A DNA stretch of 64,000 bases from Candidatus Thorarchaeota archaeon (GTDB lineage Archaea > Asgardarchaeota > Thorarchaeia > Thorarchaeales > Thorarchaeaceae): positions 295,778 through 359,777 of the forward strand of contig JAWOEX010000028.1 in assembly GCA_046482545.1 (NCBI GenBank). Reading direction: 5' to 3'. The notes beneath the pieces are model-generated. The model made no database searches. It had not been told where the DNA came from and saw only the letters and a list, made by a program, of their open reading frames with translations. Positions 49,365 through 58,392 of this stretch are shown here, one piece after another. Numbering within the stretch: the stretch's first letter is position 1; the number at the start of each line of letters is the position of its first letter. Position numbers and translations under genes: made by a program.

Positions 49365-51365
49365 CTAAGAAAGCCCGGTAAGCCAATACACTATTCTGTA
49401 GGCCAGTCTTTCATTGTCAGAAGACTTGTACATATCGTTTATCGCGTAATTGTCAATGAAGAAATTGCTGCCAACTACAATCATTCTGGCTCCATTGCTG
49501 CCCTCCAGACCCACCATCAGTGTTTTGTTCTCTCGATAGATACCACCCTGTTCATTCACCCTAGAAACCTCAGTGTATGCAATCTCGAAGGCACCGCCGC
49601 TGTAGGTCAATGAGCATCCAACATAGTCGAATTCGCCTATCCCCTCGGTAATGAAATGCTGATGAAGACCTGTAATGAGACGAGTTGATGGAATTCCATC
49701 AACCACTATTGTAGTTTCAGGAATGCGGTCGTACTTGAATGTAATATTGAACATTGATAAGAGCTCATTCGCAGCGCGAACATCGATACTAGAATTGCTC
49801 AAACCTACAACAAACAGGCTTCCACCGCTTTCCCAGTACTGTTTGTATATATCTAGCTCCTCTTCTGAGTAAGATAGGCTCGCGGTGGTTGGAATAAAGT
49901 CTGAATAGGACTGGTACCAAGCACAGGGATCCATGATAGCTATAGCATCCAAGCGTTTCAATCTGGGATAGGTTAACTCGCTTGAGTCTCGAATTTCTTC
50001 GACTGCAACACCCCGATCGCCAAGCGTTGCATAGAAGCTTCGAAACTGGCCATATATCGAGTCAATGGACCATGCTGTGTGTGTTAAATCAAAGCCAACT
50101 ATGGCATGGGGAAGGGATGCATCAAAGTTGATTCTCACACGCATCGTAAGATAGTCGTGCGATGATATGCTAAGCAAAACCTCTAGATTCTCATGCACCT
50201 TAGAGCTTATTAAACGAATGCTGAATGAGAATTCTCCGCTCTGATTTATATGGACCATATCAAGCCCCCTCACCGAAGAAGCCGCAGACCCTGTGTAGGC
50301 AAGGTGGAAGGTTGCATTGGCGGTTGCAAAGATGGAGCATTTGATTGTAGAGGTTGCGTTCACAAACAGCCTTTCGAAATTGTAAGGAACCTCACTGGGC
50401 ATTACATGTGCGACCATAGGGAACGAATTAATTTTGGGAACATTCTCCACATAAGCTATTGCGGTCTCCACATTCACCCGGCCAGATCCCACTTCCCATG
50501 ATTCAGCTTCAAGATGGCTTGCGCTTGCAAGCAGTGTTGCTTTTATCATGCCAGGAGTCCATTTCCACCTGTTGGTATCACAGACAGTAATCAATGCCGC
50601 TGCTGCGGCAGAGACTCTCGGGGCGGCAAAACTTGTACCGAAGGCAACTTCTGTGCCGCTGGCATCACGGTACGATCCTAAGGCGGCAATGTCCGGTTTA
50701 ATGATTCTGTTTCTCAGGGGACCACGGCCTGAGAAAGGATACGGCGCACCAGACCTATCGATAGCTGCTACAGCAATAACCTCTTGGAAAACAGCAGGTG
50801 ATTCAATTGAAGTCCCTCTAAGCCCGTTCTGTCCTCCATTGCCAGCCGCTGCAACCACAACAACACCCTGAGCAAATGCCCACTCTATTACTTCCTCAAG
50901 CGGATCTCCATTTGGCGGCATCCTTCCTAAACTGAGATTAATAATTTTGGCATCGGTCTCATTCACCGTCCATACGATGGCCTGAGCAATGCCCTGGAAG
51001 GTGGCATCGTTCTCACCTGTGATGACCTTTGCATTCACGATTCGTATGTTAGGATTATTTCTGACTGTAATCTTGGCAACATAGCTGCCATGGGGAATGC
51101 CGTTAGGCTCGCTATCAGTCGTATCTTCATCAGTCATAGAGTAGCCATAAGAGACATTGATGAAGCTTCGTTCAGCCACAATACGACTGGAAAGACCCTT
51201 AGAAGGTGTTATGCCAGAATCAATGATTGCTATACAAGGAGCTGAAGAAACAGGAAAAAATCCCTCTGGTAAGAGATTTGAGATGGCAAATCCAGTAGCT
51301 ATGAGGATGGTTGCTATCAGAATGGCTTTGCCTCTTCGAGGGACAAGGTCACCATCTGGCTGCAT
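49365..51365 (-). CDS. S8 subtilisin-like serine protease with site-1-protease-like C-terminal domains (GIFT/DUF4350-like)
   Basis: IIDSG, PHGS, AAGN, KPDI, GTSFAAP; C-terminal FDLTH...YSEEE...GGSLFVVG...NELL...HFITEGI. Confidence 0.88.
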   Translation of the reverse strand: MQPDGDLVPRRGKAILIATILIATGFAISNLLPEGFFPVSSAPCIAIIDSGITPSKGLSSRIVAERSFINVSYGYSMTDEDTTDSEPNGIPHGSYVAKITVRNNPNIRIVNAKVITGENDATFQGIAQAIVWTVNETDAKIINLSLGRMPPNGDPLEEVIEWAFAQGVVVVAAAGNGGQNGLRGTSIESPAVFQEVIAVAAIDRSGAPYPFSGRGPLRNRIIKPDIAALGSYRDASGTEVAFGTSFAAPRVSAAAAALITVCDTNRWKWTPGMIKATLLASASHLEAESWEVGSGRVNVETAIAYVENVPKINSFPMVAHVMPSEVPYNFERLFVNATSTIKCSIFATANATFHLAYTGSAASSVRGLDMVHINQSGEFSFSIRLISSKVHENLEVLLSISSHDYLTMRVRINFDASLPHAIVGFDLTHTAWSIDSIYGQFRSFYATLGDRGVAVEEIRDSSELTYPRLKRLDAIAIMDPCAWYQSYSDFIPTTASLSYSEEELDIYKQYWESGGSLFVVGLSNSSIDVRAANELLSMFNITFKYDRIPETTIVVDGIPSTRLITGLHQHFITEGIGEFDYVGCSLTYSGGAFEIAYTEVSRVNEQGGIYRENKTLMVGLEGSNGARMIVVGSNFFIDNYAINDMYKSSDNERLAYRIVYWLTGLS

Positions 51366-51503
51366 TATGTATTCTGCTCCATCCTGAATATCTGTGATTT
51401 GCCCATAAATGCTAAGCGATTGGCGTATTCAATCCGTCCGTCAAATTCCAACAACCAAATCCTTATCTCAGTCGAGAATAGCATTTCTATCAGGTGCCAA
51501 GCC

Positions 51504-52307
51504 ATGGTCATGGAAGATCCGGACTATTATGCGATGCAAGAAACTCAAACAATTGGGATCTTCGAACCAGGAAAAAATATTGAGAGGGCTGTGGACTGGG
51601 ACAGACTTTTCCATGTGTTGGTGCTAACCGGTGCAGCTTTCGCCTTTACCATCGCGTTGAGCCTGATTATGATAATTCCTCTTTTTCTTGTCGGTGCGAT
51701 ATCCATTAATATTGTTACTCTAGAAATCGAGATGGCGCCCTGGGCATTCTTAGTGATAACGCTTTCTGAACTTGGATTCATAATTCCTCCACTTAGATAT
51801 ATCAGGAAGCAAGACTTCGGCCTTGATGCCATTGGTCTCAAGGTCGAGTCTCCCGGCAGAGAAGTACTCTTTGGTTTAGGAATCGGAGCTATCATGCTGG
51901 CTTCTAATATAGCAATTACCTATATTGTGTATGAGCTGGTAGGCTATTCGGGCGAACAGACAGATATAATCTATGCACAAACAATTCCAGAGCTCATGAC
52001 TTGGATTATTGTCATGTTCGTAGTTGTTGGGCTATCAGAGGAGCTACTCTTCAGAGGCTTCCTTCAACGAAGAATGGATATCTACTTCCGAGACAGGAAG
52101 AAACACTACAAACTTATTTCGCTCATGTTGACCTCATTCATCTTCGCTGCTATACATCTGGAACTCTATGGTATGCCTGCCCGTTTTGTACTTGGCATTT
52201 TCCTCGGCTGGCTTGCACAGAAGAGAGATTACTCGATAGTTGGTCCCACAGTAGCTCATGGAGTAAATAACTCAGTGGTTGTAATTCTTACATTTCTGGG
52301 AATTTGA
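51504..52307 (+). CDS. CPBP (CAAX/Abi) family intramembrane protease
   Basis: SEELLFRG, FAAIH, AHGVNN; start taken at ATG 51504. Confidence 0.9.
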   Translation: MVMEDPDYYAMQETQTIGIFEPGKNIERAVDWDRLFHVLVLTGAAFAFTIALSLIMIIPLFLVGAISINIVTLEIEMAPWAFLVITLSELGFIIPPLRYIRKQDFGLDAIGLKVESPGREVLFGLGIGAIMLASNIAITYIVYELVGYSGEQTDIIYAQTIPELMTWIIVMFVVVGLSEELLFRGFLQRRMDIYFRDRKKHYKLISLMLTSFIFAAIHLELYGMPARFVLGIFLGWLAQKRDYSIVGPTVAHGVNNSVVVILTFLGI

Positions 52308-52325
52308 CACGAGTAGAAAAAAGAT

Positions 52326-52352
52326 AAGGGAGGTTGATCGCAACCCCTCCTT
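52326..52352 (-). terminator. Stem-loop with U-tract after the dodecin gene
   Basis: Minus strand AAGGAGGGGUUG-CGAU-CAACCUCCCUU followed by a U-rich tract. Confidence 0.6.
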
Positions 52353-52377
52353 AGTTTAGCAAGCTGTATCTACTTTA

Positions 52378-52584
52378 TTAGCCCTCATATTCGAATGCAA
52401 TCTTCACATTCGCACGATAACCAACGATTTTGCCGCCTTCCACCTTGGCAGTAAAATGGTCAACATCTAGACCAACGATGTTTCGAACCGTCTCGTCAGC
52501 CTTCTTTAAGGCATTCTCTGCGGCTTTTTCCCAAGACTCCTCAGATTCTCCGATTAGCTCTATTACTTTTACTACTGTATTCAT
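52378..52584 (-). CDS. Dodecin family protein (68 aa)
   Basis: KVIELIG.S.ESWE.AA.NA...A..TVRNI...YR.NVKIAF. Confidence 0.9.
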   Translation of the reverse strand: MNTVVKVIELIGESEESWEKAAENALKKADETVRNIVGLDVDHFTAKVEGGKIVGYRANVKIAFEYEG

Positions 52585-52666
52585 TCGTATCTCTCCTTCA
52601 ATGGGTAACATAATAGTGTAAAGATGACCTTAAGACTGTTACCCATAACCTATCACTAGATTCTCT

Positions 52667-53830
52667 CTATGCTAGTGTCTGCCTTTTCGAGAAAACAATA
52701 TACCCCAGCAATAGCATAGTGAATGAAAAAATGAAAGCCCTTACTATCTCGGGAGTGAAATGTACAAGAGGTAATCCTTTGAAGGCGGTATCGAATAGCA
52801 TCACTCGACCTAGATTTAGTGGATAGTACTCATCGATAATCCCAACATCCATGAAGCCGGTTCCAACTATGAATGATGAGAATAGAAGTAGTAAAAAGGA
52901 TTGATTCGCCTGCAAACGCGTGTTGCATAAGGTAGAAATGAAAACACCCAATGCAGACCCCGAGAAAGCCATAAGGCCCAAAATAAAATTAAGAGTCAAG
53001 TAATCTGTATTCGGAACAATACCAAACAGGCCAATCCATAGAATCAAGAGAAATTGCGCCTGAATCAGACCCACTGTGAAATACGCAAAAGTTTTCGAAA
53101 GTATCGCTTCCATTTTCGTTGCAGGGGTAAGAAGCATCCTACTGAGTGGAACGTCACCAACAATTGCCTGAGCAGCTGTAGCTGCGGTTGCAATAAAGGA
53201 AGCAAAAACAAGGAGGAAAACACCAAAGGTAGCTGCAGCGTAATTTCCTTGAGGTTCAAATTCTCTGACATTCTTAATCCTTACTTCGCCCTTTATCCAA
53301 CCATGATCGGACCGGAACGATACAACGGCTGAGCTGAAAGCTGAGAAGATGGCTGATTGTTTATCGAAATTGGTAGAGCTGATATGAATTTGTACAAACG
53401 CTGGAATATCCCCTGATATGTTCCCTTCAAACCCATATGGTATGACAGCATAGGCATCCACGGTGTCTTTGTAGAGAGCATCCAAAGCGTCTTCTTCAGT
53501 TTCATACATTATTACTATCAGACTGGAGCTCTCTTGCAGGTACCAAGTGAAATTCTCGGATAGGTCCTGTCCCGGATAGGTGTTGGTTGGGTCTGCGTCT
53601 ACAACCCCCACCACCAGCGCATCACTCGAAGATTCATCAGACGTATCTCCCGTTCCTTGAATTGCTTCTCCTTGCTCGATGGCAAAATACATTGTACCCA
53701 TGATCATGCCGGGCAGTACAAAAACGAGTAGCAGTGCATATTTATCGTTTTTAATCAGATTTAGTTCCTTAAGGAACATCGATCGAATCCGCCAAACCTT
53801 CGAGTTACTCCGTTCTGAAGACAAATACAC
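52667..53830 (-). CDS. ABC-2 family (YhgE/YbhR-like) permease
   Basis: N-terminal TM, extracellular domain (VGVVD.D, AYAVIP.GF), RMLLTP...ILSK, six TM. Confidence 0.85.
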   Translation of the reverse strand: MYLSSERSNSKVWRIRSMFLKELNLIKNDKYALLLVFVLPGMIMGTMYFAIEQGEAIQGTGDTSDESSSDALVVGVVDADPTNTYPGQDLSENFTWYLQESSSLIVIMYETEEDALDALYKDTVDAYAVIPYGFEGNISGDIPAFVQIHISSTNFDKQSAIFSAFSSAVVSFRSDHGWIKGEVRIKNVREFEPQGNYAAATFGVFLLVFASFIATAATAAQAIVGDVPLSRMLLTPATKMEAILSKTFAYFTVGLIQAQFLLILWIGLFGIVPNTDYLTLNFILGLMAFSGSALGVFISTLCNTRLQANQSFLLLLFSSFIVGTGFMDVGIIDEYYPLNLGRVMLFDTAFKGLPLVHFTPEIVRAFIFSFTMLLLGYIVFSKRQTLA

Positions 53831-53863
53831 CCACTTTCCGCATCACACCAGCCTCACTACCAT

Positions 53864-54817
53864 TTATGGCTTTTTGGAACGTTCACTGCATTCCACAAGG
53901 CCCAACACATCAGCACACATCAAAAGATACAGCACAAGCGGGGCGGGTGAGCCCCACCGTGATATGAATTCCTCAACATCTCTTGTTTTCATTGGAGCAT
54001 CCTCAGTATATAGTCTGCCAAGAAGGTTTCTTATACCTAAATCACCATAAGGAAAAACAGAGAAATCATGGAGCGATGAAATTGCAAATGCCTTGATGGT
54101 CCAATCGCCGATCCCACGGATAGAATGGAGACGCTCTACTACTTGGTTATGTTGCGCGTTCTTCAGTTCTTCTAGGTTCAATTCGCCTGACACAACAAGC
54201 GACGAAACCCCAAGAAGATAGTCTGTCTTGTAGCCCACACCTAATCTCCTGAGACCCTCCGAGCCAAGAGCGAGGATATCATGAGGAGCTGGAAAGCCAT
54301 AGTAAGCAGTTCCCCATGCTTGAAGCGGTGAACAAGTTTCAAGTACGACACGTCGCGTTATCACGTTTGCAGCACGAAAAGAAATCTGCTGCTGAAGGAT
54401 GGATTTTGCCAAGCCTTCGAACGGCGTATCAGCCGTATAGGGTCTTAGAGAGGCCATTTCTTCGGCAAGATAGCATATGTGATTGTCCTCCCTAATCCTC
54501 TCAATTGCATTGTTGGTATCAACATCAAAACCGAGTGTGAATCTTACCTTTTGTTGGATTTTCTGAGTATCTATATTGGTAGGAAATTGAATCTCTACAT
54601 GAGAACCCGATTTAGCTTGAGAAATGGTCACGGGAACATTTATGCCATTCAAAGTCAAAATTCTGTGCAGTTTTCTATTCTCCGTCGCTTCAGGGACTGG
54701 CTGCACATCCGGGTATATCCAAGCGTGGATGGATTTCACAAGGTCATAGTGAGGAGGAGTATCTAAGATGAGTTTAGCATATTTTTCGTCCGGTTTCTCA
54801 TTCTGAACCATTTTCAT
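53864..54817 (-). CDS. DNA-3-methyladenine glycosylase (AlkA/HhH-GPD family)
   Basis: PFE.L..SILQQQIS..AA, FP.P, IRGIGDWT, FPYGDLGIR. Confidence 0.9.
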   Translation of the reverse strand: MKMVQNEKPDEKYAKLILDTPPHYDLVKSIHAWIYPDVQPVPEATENRKLHRILTLNGINVPVTISQAKSGSHVEIQFPTNIDTQKIQQKVRFTLGFDVDTNNAIERIREDNHICYLAEEMASLRPYTADTPFEGLAKSILQQQISFRAANVITRRVVLETCSPLQAWGTAYYGFPAPHDILALGSEGLRRLGVGYKTDYLLGVSSLVVSGELNLEELKNAQHNQVVERLHSIRGIGDWTIKAFAISSLHDFSVFPYGDLGIRNLLGRLYTEDAPMKTRDVEEFISRWGSPAPLVLYLLMCADVLGLVECSERSKKP

Positions 54818-54953
54818 TCCATGAACAGCCTGTACTGTTAAGTGTTAGCAAATTGTGCCGTCACGCTTTCTCAGTCGTGATATCTACATGCTCGTGCGGT
54901 GAAGCGCAGATTACAGCAATGTTAAATCGCTCTTTGTAGGCAAGAGAGACACA

Positions 54954-55346
54954 ATGGAAAACGGAAGCCTTGTCGACTCGATAGGAAGAGAAGATTCCAT
55001 CGCAATTGTAGCAGTTGCTCTTGCGAATGTCGGTCTGTACTTCATTGCCTATGTTTTCACACCGATTCTAACTGGGACTCTTTCTGCCTATATGATTAGA
55101 ATTAAGAGAAGATCTGCTTTTGTGGCATTCATCGGGTCCGCTATCGCGTATGTTCCCCTAGAGCTGATTGCTGCTCCACAAATAGCAGAGTATCTCGTTG
55201 AAACCGGGATGTTCACTAATAGCGAGTTGCAGTCCGCTATTGGCATGTTCTATCTGATTCTTGTTACAGCAGCCCTGCTACTATCATTCATAGCGGCAGC
55301 AGCTTCATTCATTGTTTTAACTGTTCTCAGGCGGACTTCAAGATAA
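54954..55346 (+). CDS. Hypothetical membrane protein
   Basis: 130 aa, 3-4 TM. Confidence 0.7.
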   Translation: MENGSLVDSIGREDSIAIVAVALANVGLYFIAYVFTPILTGTLSAYMIRIKRRSAFVAFIGSAIAYVPLELIAAPQIAEYLVETGMFTNSELQSAIGMFYLILVTAALLLSFIAAAASFIVLTVLRRTSR

Positions 55347-55395
55347 TGAAACAGGTTAGAATTTAATAGTCCCTCAAGGCGCCTCGACATGTTCC

Positions 55396-56112
55396 ATGGT
55401 AAGCATAATCAACCTTATGAAGCCAACAGGAACCAGATATATACCGGAGCAATATAGTTTGCTAGAAGAAAACCTTGAGGTTGTAGCACTGGATTTGGAT
55501 GGTGTTCTCTTTGATGGTGCTAGTGCAACACTCCCCATAGCCGAACGTGTAGGAATAGGTCATAAATTGAAGGAAGTATTGAAGAAATCGGCAGTAGGGA
55601 ATCTATCACTTGAGGAATCAATAATCGAAGGAGCAAAGGTCTGGAAGAATGTCTCAACAGATACTCTTCAGCACCTTGTTCATGACCTTCCCCTTATGGA
55701 GGGCGCAGAAGAAACAGTAACCAAACTGAAAAGAGAAGGGTATCAAGTCGGTTGCGTATCAAGCGGAGTCAGTCAGTGGTTCATGGCACCCTTCTCGGAT
55801 AGACTCAATCTAGATTTCGCATATTCTAATGTTCTTAGTGAGCATAATGGAAAGCATGATGGCAGAATCGAATACATCATGGGAGCTGAACAAAAGGCAG
55901 AACGGATTCTTGAATATCTTGTCTCAAACGGATTCAATCAGGACGATTTAGTGAGTGTAGGGAATGGCGAGAATGATATCGATATGTTCAGCATATCTGC
56001 TCTCAGTATTGCTTTTAACCCTGTTAGCGAGAAGGTCGCCAAGTCTGCAGATTACCGAATTGAATCAAGAGATCTACGTGACATATTGCCCTATATTCTT
56101 CCTTCTGACTAG
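55396..56112 (+). CDS. HAD-IB phosphatase (phosphoserine phosphatase-like)
   Basis: DLDGVL, VSSG, K, VGNGENDIDM, AFNP. Confidence 0.85.
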   Translation: MVSIINLMKPTGTRYIPEQYSLLEENLEVVALDLDGVLFDGASATLPIAERVGIGHKLKEVLKKSAVGNLSLEESIIEGAKVWKNVSTDTLQHLVHDLPLMEGAEETVTKLKREGYQVGCVSSGVSQWFMAPFSDRLNLDFAYSNVLSEHNGKHDGRIEYIMGAEQKAERILEYLVSNGFNQDDLVSVGNGENDIDMFSISALSIAFNPVSEKVAKSADYRIESRDLRDILPYILPSD

Positions 56113-57275
56113 GCAAGAATACTTTCAATAACTTCTCCAACGTGTTCGATGTCTGCTTTCTTGACACCCGGATGAATGGGTACCTCGAAATGGTCGTTAC
56201 CTACCCCAACTGAATGAGGTAGATTAAAAGATTCATAGTCGGGGTAATCTACATACTCAGCCCAGCGCCAGTTATCTATTCTCCGATAGGTTCTTTGCAG
56301 ATGACAGGGTAGTCCGTAAACAGACCTTGAAGCCACTCCTGCATTTTTTAGTTCAGTAATCATCTCATCCCGCGTCAGCTTCTCTGATTCAAGACATGGT
56401 GCATACACGTGATAAGCGGATTCAAAATTGTCTGGCTCTTTCTGGGGTGTAATTTCGTCGAATCCGGAGAAAACCTTGTGATACAGTTCTGCATTCTTTC
56501 GTCTTGACTTGAATATTCCAGGCAATCGTTTGAGTTGTTCTCTACCTATCGCAGATACTAAATCCATCATTCTGTGATTGTATCCAACTCTATAGTGACT
56601 GTAGCCACCCTCTTTTCCTCTGCCATGATTCTTTATCATGAGAACTCGGTCCATTAGGTCTTCGTTATCAGTCACAATCATGCCGCCCTCTCCAGTCATC
56701 ATATTTTTCGTCGCATAAAAGCTGAATGCTGCTATATCTCCAAAGGCTCCTACCCGTTTACTGTCAATCGTAGCACCATGCGCCTGGCAAGCATCTTCAA
56801 TGACCATCAAATCATAGTCCTCAGCGATAGCCAAGATTCTCTTCATATCACAAGGCATACCGAAAATATGGACAGGCATGATGGCCTTGGTTCTTTCAGT
56901 AATTGCATCTTCAATTAAGTCAGGGTCAAGGTTGTAGGTCGTTGGATCAATATCGACAAAGACAGGCACACCTCCAACTAGTGCAATAGAATTAGCAGAC
57001 GCAATGAACGTAAAGGGTGTAGTTATCACTTCATCTCCAGGTTGTATGTCCATTGCTTCAAGTGCCGTTATCAGTGCTGCAGTACCATTTGTTGCAACAG
57101 ATGCATGTTTCACGCCAATGTAGGAAGAAAACTCTTGCTCCAGCTTCCTAGATACATCACCTTCTGCTAGCATTCCAGATTCGAGCACCTCTCGAACCGC
57201 TTCGATTTCTTCTGTTCCCACAATCGGTTTAGCAATAGGAATCACAAGAGTACACCAAGTTGGGGAGAATACCAA
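56109..57275 (-). CDS. DegT/DnrJ/EryC1/StrS aminotransferase (start probably 57245)
   Basis: NGTAAL, GDEVITTPFTFIAS, EDACQAHG, FSFYATKN..TGEGG. Confidence 0.95.
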   Translation of the reverse strand: MVFSPTWCTLVIPIAKPIVGTEEIEAVREVLESGMLAEGDVSRKLEQEFSSYIGVKHASVATNGTAALITALEAMDIQPGDEVITTPFTFIASANSIALVGGVPVFVDIDPTTYNLDPDLIEDAITERTKAIMPVHIFGMPCDMKRILAIAEDYDLMVIEDACQAHGATIDSKRVGAFGDIAAFSFYATKNMMTGEGGMIVTDNEDLMDRVLMIKNHGRGKEGGYSHYRVGYNHRMMDLVSAIGREQLKRLPGIFKSRRKNAELYHKVFSGFDEITPQKEPDNFESAYHVYAPCLESEKLTRDEMITELKNAGVASRSVYGLPCHLQRTYRRIDNWRWAEYVDYPDYESFNLPHSVGVGNDHFEVPIHPGVKKADIEHVGEVIESILA

Positions 57276-57287
57276 CCGCTTAAAATG

Positions 57288-57803
57288 CTAATGATTCGCC
57301 TTTCTCCTGTTCTCTACAATAGATACCCCGGCAATAGTAAGGCTCATCATAACCAAGGCAAAAATCATGTAGAAGAAATTGCCCAAATGAAATATGATGG
57401 AGAGACCAGTGCCACTGATAAAACCAGATACGGCACGGACGTCATTGGTCGTCTTCCTATAGGTCAGGCGTTGTGTCACCCAGTCAGTGACAGTGGCCAT
57501 TCCTAAGCCAACAGCCAAAAGAAACCAAAACCATGGAGGAATCAATACGATAGGCATAAGGAACAAGAAGACAATACCGATTAGGAGGCCGCCGTATATA
57601 CCCGAACATCTAGCACACAAGTAAAGAGAATGACCAAACAAGGACAAGCGCAGACAATGACTGTATAGTGAGGGAGGATGATGCGACAACATGATATGAA
57701 CGCTTTGCTTGATTTCATCAATTCTGCTTGGTTTGGGCGCCTGTAATGATTTAGATCCTGTCTGAGTAATTTCGTTGCTATCCTCACTATCCAAGGGTAC
57801 CAC
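57288..57803 (-). CDS. DUF2085 family membrane protein
   Basis: SHH...LCARCSGIY.G, D..TQ, N.VR..SG motifs. Confidence 0.8.
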   Translation of the reverse strand: MVPLDSEDSNEITQTGSKSLQAPKPSRIDEIKQSVHIMLSHHPPSLYSHCLRLSLFGHSLYLCARCSGIYGGLLIGIVFLFLMPIVLIPPWFWFLLAVGLGMATVTDWVTQRLTYRKTTNDVRAVSGFISGTGLSIIFHLGNFFYMIFALVMMSLTIAGVSIVENRRKANH

Positions 57804-58053
57804 AAGGGCTCATTGGAAGCCTCTCTTATCTCTGTTGCCTTTAGGTATCATAGCTGGCCCGCGGTAAACTGAGGTTTTCCGGGTATAAAACTTCGTGTCA
57901 CATAGCTCTATTTCGACCATACTCCTAATTTCTTCACCTTTTCCACTCTGTCGTATTCTAGCTATTACTTTGGAATCTGTCGTATATCAACTGGGTGGTA
58001 GGAAAACAATTTAATCCTATCTTGAACGCGCCTCGATAGTCTGGTGACTAATC

Positions 58054-58380
58054 ATGAATGACAATCTTCTAAATCTCATGCGAGAAAGAATTGCCGACGG
58101 ACTAGAACGTAAAGAAACTAAAGAGGCAATTGACGGATGGAACCGAACCGCTCTTCTGAAACTCAAAGATGGTGGGACCTATCATTTCGTTGTCGCTGAT
58201 AATAACATCGAAGTCCATGATGGTCAAGTGGAGGAGCCTGATATGAAAATCGAGAGCGACAAGGAGACTATTCGGAAGCTCTTCTTGGAGGAGATGAGCG
58301 CCGCTTCTGCACTCCTCAGACGAAAACTAAAAGTCAAGGGATCAGCTCGCGACCTAATGAAAATACGGCATATTTTCTAG
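58054..58380 (+). CDS. SCP2 sterol/lipid-carrier domain protein
   Basis: PD..I..D...LF..E.SA..A....KLKVKGS..DL.K. Confidence 0.85.
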   Translation: MNDNLLNLMRERIADGLERKETKEAIDGWNRTALLKLKDGGTYHFVVADNNIEVHDGQVEEPDMKIESDKETIRKLFLEEMSAASALLRRKLKVKGSARDLMKIRHIF

Positions 58381-58392
58381 AGGGTTTGATGG

